Shown here: positions 27,013 to 32,000 of the stretch, piece by piece
Layout of the letters: each line of letters begins with the position of its first letter
Position numbering within the stretch: position 1 is the stretch's first letter
NCBI GenBank assembly: GCA_028279805.1
Contig: JANQMZ010000007.1
Coordinates: 450,001-482,000 of the forward strand
Direction: 5' to 3'
Length of the DNA: 32,000 nt
Origin: an archaeon
GTDB lineage: Archaea; Iainarchaeota; Iainarchaeia; Iainarchaeales; JANQMZ01
The notes under the pieces: generated by a model
What the model was told of the DNA's origin: nothing
What the model saw: the letters and a program-made list of their open reading frames with translations, nothing else
Databases searched by the model: none
Position numbers and translations under genes: made by a program

Positions 27013-28455
27013 ATGGAATTGAATCAGATTGAAAAATTTTTATGGGAAATTCCTCAAGAAGGGGAAATGGTTGTTCCTGCAAGGGTTTACGCAAATGAAC
27101 AAATGGTTAAAGAACTGAAAGCAGAACTGGATTCAGGCTGGAGTTCCCTCGAACAATTACAAAATTTGACTTATTTGAAAGGCGTTCAAAAGTATGCTCT
27201 GGCTTTGGCTGACATTCATCCGGGTTATGGGTCTCCCATTGGGGGAGTTATAGCTGTTGACCCTGAAGACGGATGGATTACTTTTGGTTCAGTGGGATTT
27301 GACATTAACTGCGGCGTGCGCGTGCTAAAAACAAATTTGGAAAAAAAGGATTTGATTAAAAAACAGGAGCAAATTGCAAATCAATTGTTCAGAGATGTTC
27401 CCGCCGGATTGGGCAGGGGCGGGGAAATAAAACTGAATGAAAAGGAAGTTAATGAATTGTTGTTGAATGGCTCAGAATTTGCTTTGGAAAAAGGTTATGG
27501 AAATGAAAATGATTTGAAGTTTACTGAAATGAATGGCAAATCAGATTTGGCAAATGTTGATGCGGTGAGCAAAAAAGCAAAACAGAGAATGTTTAAACAG
27601 CTTGGAACAGTCGGTTCAGGAAATCATTATCTGGAGGTTCAGTTTGTTGAAAAAATTTTTGATGAAGAAAAAGCAAAAGATTTTGGCTTGTTTGAAAACC
27701 AGGTTTTGATTTCGATTCATTGCGGTTCACGTGGCTGCGGTCATCAGATTGGCACAGATTATTTACAGGTTTTATCTGATGCAACAAGAAAATACGGAAT
27801 AAAAGTTAAAGATAAGGAGCTTGTGTCAGCACCTTTTCATTCAGAGGAAGGGCAAAATTATTTTGGTGCTGTGAATGCCGGCATAAATGTTGCTTTTGCT
27901 AACAGACATGTGCTGGCTCATTTGGCCAGAAAATCTTTTGAAAAAGTTTTTAATTTGAATGAAGATGAAATGCCTTTGCTGTATGACGTGGGACATAATA
28001 CTGCAAAAATGGAAAGACATAAAATTAATGGTTCAACAAAAGAAGTTTTGGTTTTAAGGAAAGGTTCGACGCGTGGATTCGGCCCGGGGCATAAAGAAAT
28101 TCCGAAAGAGTTTCAGAAAGCAGGACAGCCGATTGCGGTCGGAGGGAGTATGGGAACAGCTTCCTATATTTTGGCGGGAACAAAAAAAGGAATGAACGAA
28201 ACGTTTGGTTCTGCTGTGCACGGGGCAGGCAGGTTGTTGAGTCGGGCTCAGGCAAAAAAACAGTTTGAGGGGAAAAAAATTATTCAGGATTTGAAACAAA
28301 AAGGAATTTTGATTAAGGCTCATTCTTTTAAAGGGGCGGCCGAAGAAGCTCCTTTGGCTTACAAGAACATTGAAAATGTTATTGATGTTATGCATGAATC
28401 CGGTGTTAATTTAAAGGTTGCAAGGGTTATGCCTTTGGCCAATGTGAAGGGCTGA
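27013..28455 (+). CDS. rtcB: RNA-splicing ligase RtcB
   Basis: DPEDGWITFGSVGFDINCGVRVLKTNL, GTVGSGNHYLEVQ, HCGSRGCGHQIGTDY, RKGSTRGFGPGH; ATG at 27013 is more plausible than 26992. Confidence 0.98.
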   Translation: MELNQIEKFLWEIPQEGEMVVPARVYANEQMVKELKAELDSGWSSLEQLQNLTYLKGVQKYALALADIHPGYGSPIGGVIAVDPEDGWITFGSVGFDINCGVRVLKTNLEKKDLIKKQEQIANQLFRDVPAGLGRGGEIKLNEKEVNELLLNGSEFALEKGYGNENDLKFTEMNGKSDLANVDAVSKKAKQRMFKQLGTVGSGNHYLEVQFVEKIFDEEKAKDFGLFENQVLISIHCGSRGCGHQIGTDYLQVLSDATRKYGIKVKDKELVSAPFHSEEGQNYFGAVNAGINVAFANRHVLAHLARKSFEKVFNLNEDEMPLLYDVGHNTAKMERHKINGSTKEVLVLRKGSTRGFGPGHKEIPKEFQKAGQPIAVGGSMGTASYILAGTKKGMNETFGSAVHGAGRLLSRAQAKKQFEGKKIIQDLKQKGILIKAHSFKGAAEEAPLAYKNIENVIDVMHESGVNLKVARVMPLANVKG

Positions 28456-28493
28456 GATAGCTTTTTATGCCTTTTTTTGTTAAATAGTGTTAA

Positions 28494-29687
28494 ATGAAAA
28501 AAATTTTAATTTTTTTAATCATTGTGGCAGGAATTATGCCTTTTGTTCACGGGGAAACTATTGAAAAATCTTTAATTGATTCAAATTTTTTTATTCCTGA
28601 AAACCATATGGAAAAAAATCCTGACGGAACTTATGCCAAAGTAAAGCTTGTTATAGAGCAATATTTTTACCCGGATTTAAATGAATATTCGGAAGAACAA
28701 TGGATACAGTTTACTCCGGTTGAAGGGCATGTTTATGAAGCAAGCAGGGTTAAACCAATTAAAAGAACAAAAGCAGGTTCACCTTCATGCAACTGGTTTT
28801 ACAATGTTGAACTGCGTGACAAGGATCTGACTGTTGGAAGAATTGAATTTGTATCATTTAAAATAAAAGCAGCTTGCAAAGGACATGCAAACAATTTGTC
28901 TTTATGGGAACCATTGGAAACAGCTGACTGGTACTGGGAAAAAGAAGTTCAGAGTCCTGAGACAAAAATACTTTTGCCAAAAACAAGTACAACAATTCAG
29001 GTTGGAGAAACACTTTTATTCAGCGGAACAGCATCAGATGATGGTGAAATTGTTGAATACAACTGGGATTTTGACGGAGCATATCCTGATGTGAATTCAA
29101 AAACTCCGGGGGAAATAACTTTTGATAAAGCCGGAATTTATGATGTAAGATTTACAGCAACAGATGATGAAGGATTAACAACACAAAAACTTGTAAGAAT
29201 AACAGTAAAAGGACTGGATGAACCATTAGTTGATTTAAACGCTGAACCGGCATCCGGATCATTTCCTTTGACAGTTGTTTTTACAGGAAGCTGTGACGGG
29301 CAAGGCGGAACACTTGAAACATGCAAAATAGATTTTGGGGACGGGGAAACACAAACAATTCCAAGAAAACAGGTTGATTTAACCAAAATTTTGGGACAGG
29401 CAGAAGAAACACTTGATGATTCGAGGGATGTTAATGTAACACACACTTACAATTCAGCAGGAACTTTTACTGCAAAATTAACAGGATTGAATTCGTCGCA
29501 AAATGAATCATTTGTAGAATTACAAATAACAACATCGTTCGGACTGGCTTCACTTGCACAGCACAGCGACATTTTAATGTTAATAGGCGGGGCAATTGTT
29601 TTGCTTGTTCTGGGAGTAATAGGCGGATTTTTTGCATTTAAAAAATTCGGAGGCGGAAAAAAACATCCTTTAACATACAAAAAGTGA
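28494..29687 (+). CDS. Secreted/surface PKD-domain protein with C-terminal TM anchor
   Basis: Signal peptide; GTASDDGEIVEYNWDFDGAYPDVNSKTPGEITFDKAGIYDVRFTATDDEG; second PKD-like domain; C-terminal TM followed by KKFGGGKKHPLTYKK. Confidence 0.9.
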   Translation: MKKILIFLIIVAGIMPFVHGETIEKSLIDSNFFIPENHMEKNPDGTYAKVKLVIEQYFYPDLNEYSEEQWIQFTPVEGHVYEASRVKPIKRTKAGSPSCNWFYNVELRDKDLTVGRIEFVSFKIKAACKGHANNLSLWEPLETADWYWEKEVQSPETKILLPKTSTTIQVGETLLFSGTASDDGEIVEYNWDFDGAYPDVNSKTPGEITFDKAGIYDVRFTATDDEGLTTQKLVRITVKGLDEPLVDLNAEPASGSFPLTVVFTGSCDGQGGTLETCKIDFGDGETQTIPRKQVDLTKILGQAEETLDDSRDVNVTHTYNSAGTFTAKLTGLNSSQNESFVELQITTSFGLASLAQHSDILMLIGGAIVLLVLGVIGGFFAFKKFGGGKKHPLTYKK

Positions 29688-29761
29688 AAAAAAAGGGCTT
29701 ATTAACTGGTTTACGTTAAAAAGGAAAGATATTTATATGGTTTTAGCAGCATATATATCAT

Positions 29762-30649
29762 ATGATGCGCAAAATTCTCATAATTTTTTTGTTGCTTGTT
29801 TTAACACTAAATGTTAATGCAAGCGGAACAAGAGCTGATTGTGAAAACATTTCCATTAACGTGAGCAATGCAAGGCTGGATGAAAAATCAAGCATGCTTA
29901 AAACTTTTTCAATTGAAAACAAGGATTCTGAAAGATTTTTCATTGAAAGAATTAATGCTTTTGATTACAATTCTTCAATAAAAGTTGAGGGAAAAGGCTG
30001 GGAAAGAATTGTTCTTCCCGGAGATGAAAGTTTTTTTAATGTGCAGATTAAAAGTTTTAATGTTAAAAAAGATCAGGAAATTGAAGGTTTTGTTGAGGTT
30101 AGAGGGCATTTTTTGAGCGGCACAAAATGTTCAATCGAGGATATTGGAACCCAAAATTTTAATGTTTTTGTGAAAAATGAGGATGAAGCTTTTGCAGAAG
30201 AAATTGAGTTAGAGCAGGAAAAAATTGAAGAATGTAAGGGATTTGAATTAATAATTCCTGAAAATGTTGAAAATGTAAACGAAATTCCTTTTACTGTTAA
30301 AAATATCACAAATGACAGAATTCAAGTAAGGCTTTCAGGAGCAAACCTGGGAATTGAAACAAAATATTTTTCAATTCCGGCTCAGACTACGGTTGAAAAA
30401 AGTGTTAATGTAATGCCTTTTGAACAAAAAACATGGCTTGTTTTTAACAGCAATGTTAACGGTTGTTTTGTTAAATCAAAAAATGTTCAGATTTTTACAG
30501 ATAATCCTTTTGAAAAACCTCAGACAGTGGCTGAACAGGCACCCGGTTTTCAGATAACTTCACAGCTTGGAAATGCCGTCGGATTAATAACACTGGGCGG
30601 ATTTAATGCCTGGAATTCTATTGCTAATTTTTTGGGTTTTTCAGGTTAA
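29762..30649 (+). CDS. Secreted protein of unknown function, COG1361/NEW3-like beta domains possible
   Basis: Signal peptide then beta-rich repeats and C-terminal hydrophobic patch (LITLGGFNAWNSIANFLGFSG). Confidence 0.75.
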   Translation: MMRKILIIFLLLVLTLNVNASGTRADCENISINVSNARLDEKSSMLKTFSIENKDSERFFIERINAFDYNSSIKVEGKGWERIVLPGDESFFNVQIKSFNVKKDQEIEGFVEVRGHFLSGTKCSIEDIGTQNFNVFVKNEDEAFAEEIELEQEKIEECKGFELIIPENVENVNEIPFTVKNITNDRIQVRLSGANLGIETKYFSIPAQTTVEKSVNVMPFEQKTWLVFNSNVNGCFVKSKNVQIFTDNPFEKPQTVAEQAPGFQITSQLGNAVGLITLGGFNAWNSIANFLGFSG

Positions 30650-30664
30650 AACGGCTTAGATAGC

Positions 30665-30839
30665 TTTTTAAACATTAATTTGGACTATTTATATTGTGCA
30701 AACTGCACAGCAGGAATTTTACAACTTTGCATCAGTCAAGATGCAAACCTGATGTGTAAATGCCAATTTGGCTACTTTTGCATGCTTTTCGGCTAGAGCC
30801 ATCGCTGGATTTAAGCTGAAAAACAATGAGGAAAAAAAC
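30665..30839 (+). promoter_or_regulatory. Promoter and structured leader upstream of rpl3
   Basis: TATA-like TTTTTAAAC (30665-30673); GTGCA-AAC-TGCAC (30696-30708); TTTGCATC(30726-30733)/GATGCAAA(30740-30747) with CAGG/CCTG extension. Confidence 0.55.
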
Positions 30840-31865
30840 ATGGGAAAAACACATAAGCCAAGAGCAGGTTCACTGGCTTTTCATCCGAGAAAAAAAGCCA
30901 AAACACAAAAAGCTGTTTTCAAAAGCTTTAACTCAGATGAAAGTGGAGTCAAGCCTTTGAATTTTTATGGCTATAAGGCAGGAATGCTTCACGTGTTCGG
31001 AACAAATCAAAGCAAAAACAGTTTAAGTGCAGGGCAGGAAATTATAATGCCTGTAACTGTTATTGAAACCCCTGCGTTAAAAGTTTTTGGAATAAAATAT
31101 TATAAAAAAACTCCGCGTGGCTTCAAAGTTTTGGCTGAAAAGAAAACGGAAAAACTTGGAAAAGAAATTAAAAAAATTTTAACATTACCCAAAAAACCGA
31201 AAGAACAGGTAGCCAGGGAAAAAAATAAACCAAAAGATTCAAAAGCAAAAACTTTTGATGAAACAATTGCGGAATGGCTTGAAAGAAAAAGAATTGATGC
31301 TGTAAGATTATTATGTGCCACCCAGCCAAAGTTAACAGGCATTGGCAAAAAAAAACCTGAAATTGTTGAGGTAAGATTGTCAGGAAAACCGGAAGAACAG
31401 GTAAAATTCGGGGAAGAAAAACTTGGAAAGGAAATAATCATAGAAGATGTTTTTGAAGAAAAAACTTTTCTTGATGTTAAAGCGGTTACAAAAGGAAAAG
31501 GTTTTGGGGGTCCTGTTAAAAGATTCGGAATTAAAATTCAGGGAAGAAAAGCAAAAAAACACAGAATTGTCGGTTCAATCGGGCCATGGCACCCTGCAAC
31601 TGTTCCATGGACAACCGCAAGAGCAGGACAAACGGGTTATCATACAAGAACAGAATACAATAAAAAAATGTTAAAAATTGTACAACCGGATGAAATAAAT
31701 CCAAAAAGCGGTTTTACAAATTATGGTCTGATTAAAAATGCTGCAATTTTGGTTCAGGGTTCTGTCGCGGGGCCAGTTAAAAGAATTGTTGCCATGAGAA
31801 AAGGCTTGAGAAAAAAAGAGAAAGAAAAAATTGTGCTTGAAGAGGTGAAAATAGTTGCACAGTAA
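30840..31865 (+). CDS. rpl3: Ribosomal protein L3
   Basis: MGKTHKPRAGSLAFHPRKKAKTQK; TKGKGFGGPVKRFGIKIQGRKAKKHRIVGSIGPWHPATVPWTTARAGQTGYHTRTEYNKK. The in-frame upstream TTG at 30768 is unlikely. Confidence 0.97.
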   Translation: MGKTHKPRAGSLAFHPRKKAKTQKAVFKSFNSDESGVKPLNFYGYKAGMLHVFGTNQSKNSLSAGQEIIMPVTVIETPALKVFGIKYYKKTPRGFKVLAEKKTEKLGKEIKKILTLPKKPKEQVAREKNKPKDSKAKTFDETIAEWLERKRIDAVRLLCATQPKLTGIGKKKPEIVEVRLSGKPEEQVKFGEEKLGKEIIIEDVFEEKTFLDVKAVTKGKGFGGPVKRFGIKIQGRKAKKHRIVGSIGPWHPATVPWTTARAGQTGYHTRTEYNKKMLKIVQPDEINPKSGFTNYGLIKNAAILVQGSVAGPVKRIVAMRKGLRKKEKEKIVLEEVKIVAQ

Positions 31866-32000
31866 AAAAGAGGGAAATGTTTTAACTCTTTCAGGAAAAA
31901 GTTCAGGCAAAATAAAGCTGCCTGGCATATTTTTCACAGAATATGACCCTGAACTGATTAAAAGAGCGGTTTTAGCTATAGAATCCGCAGGATTTCAGCC
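31855..32000 (+). CDS. rpl4: Ribosomal protein L4, N-terminus, truncated by window end
   Basis: Manual translation from TTG at 31855: MHSKKEGNVLTLSGKSSGKIKLPGIFFTEYDPELIKRAVLAIESAGFQ, matching the L4 pattern (G..G.I.LP..F....R.DLI.RAV.A). Position after L3. Confidence 0.85.
   Translation, partial: MHSKKEGNVLTLSGKSSGKIKLPGIFFTEYDPELIKRAVLAIESAGFQ

Noticed and set aside
30749-30818. Possible C/D box sRNA (CTGATGTG ... CTGA)
   Set aside because: C box matches RUGAUGA poorly and no D'/C' pair is convincing.
30661-30839. Possible tRNA or split tRNA half in the rpl3 leader
   Set aside because: No GGTTCRANYCC T-arm, no acceptor pairing, and no anticodon arm of correct size.
30768-30839. 24-residue N-terminal extension of L3 from TTG (MATFACFSARAIAGFKLKNNEEKN)
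   Set aside because: The conserved L3 N-terminus begins MGKTHKPRAGSLAF at 30840; the extension region is better explained as leader RNA.
1-32000. CRISPR arrays, transposases, toxin-antitoxin or phage genes
   Set aside because: No regularly spaced direct repeats, transposase/integrase motifs or defence-gene signatures were seen on either strand.

Overview
This is a low-GC archaeal chromosome segment. It contains the classic transcription/translation supercluster: rpoH, split rpoB (B'' and B'), split rpoA (A' and A''), L30e, NusA-like, S12, S7, EF-2, EF-1A, S10, and further right L3 and the start of L4. The gene content and compactness look DPANN-like, but that placement is inference and not proven here. 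Left of the supercluster is a mixed accessory region. It has a minus-strand redox operon (two thioredoxin-fold proteins, CcdA, wHTH regulator), an AhpC/TSA-like redoxin, a CDGSH iron-sulfur protein, and two paralogous membrane-anchored proteins with a possible split JAMM/MPN motif flanking a pterin-4a-carbinolamine dehydratase. It also has a two-subunit transketolase, a methyltransferase, eIF1, a truncated ThiI-like PP-loop protein, MscS, and a tandem pair of secreted proteins with a repeated IPENP motif and cysteine-paired helices. The best candidates for undescribed biology are: (1) the IPENP/cysteine-pair secreted family, (2) the duplicated E/HxH/PSxND proteins, (3) a structured 140-nt leader upstream of rpl3 with mutually exclusive pairings, (4) a 24-bp perfect palindrome plus an extra half-site at 8903-8950, and (5) a histone-H1-like lysine tail on RpoA''. 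No CRISPR array, transposon, rRNA or tRNA could be supported.
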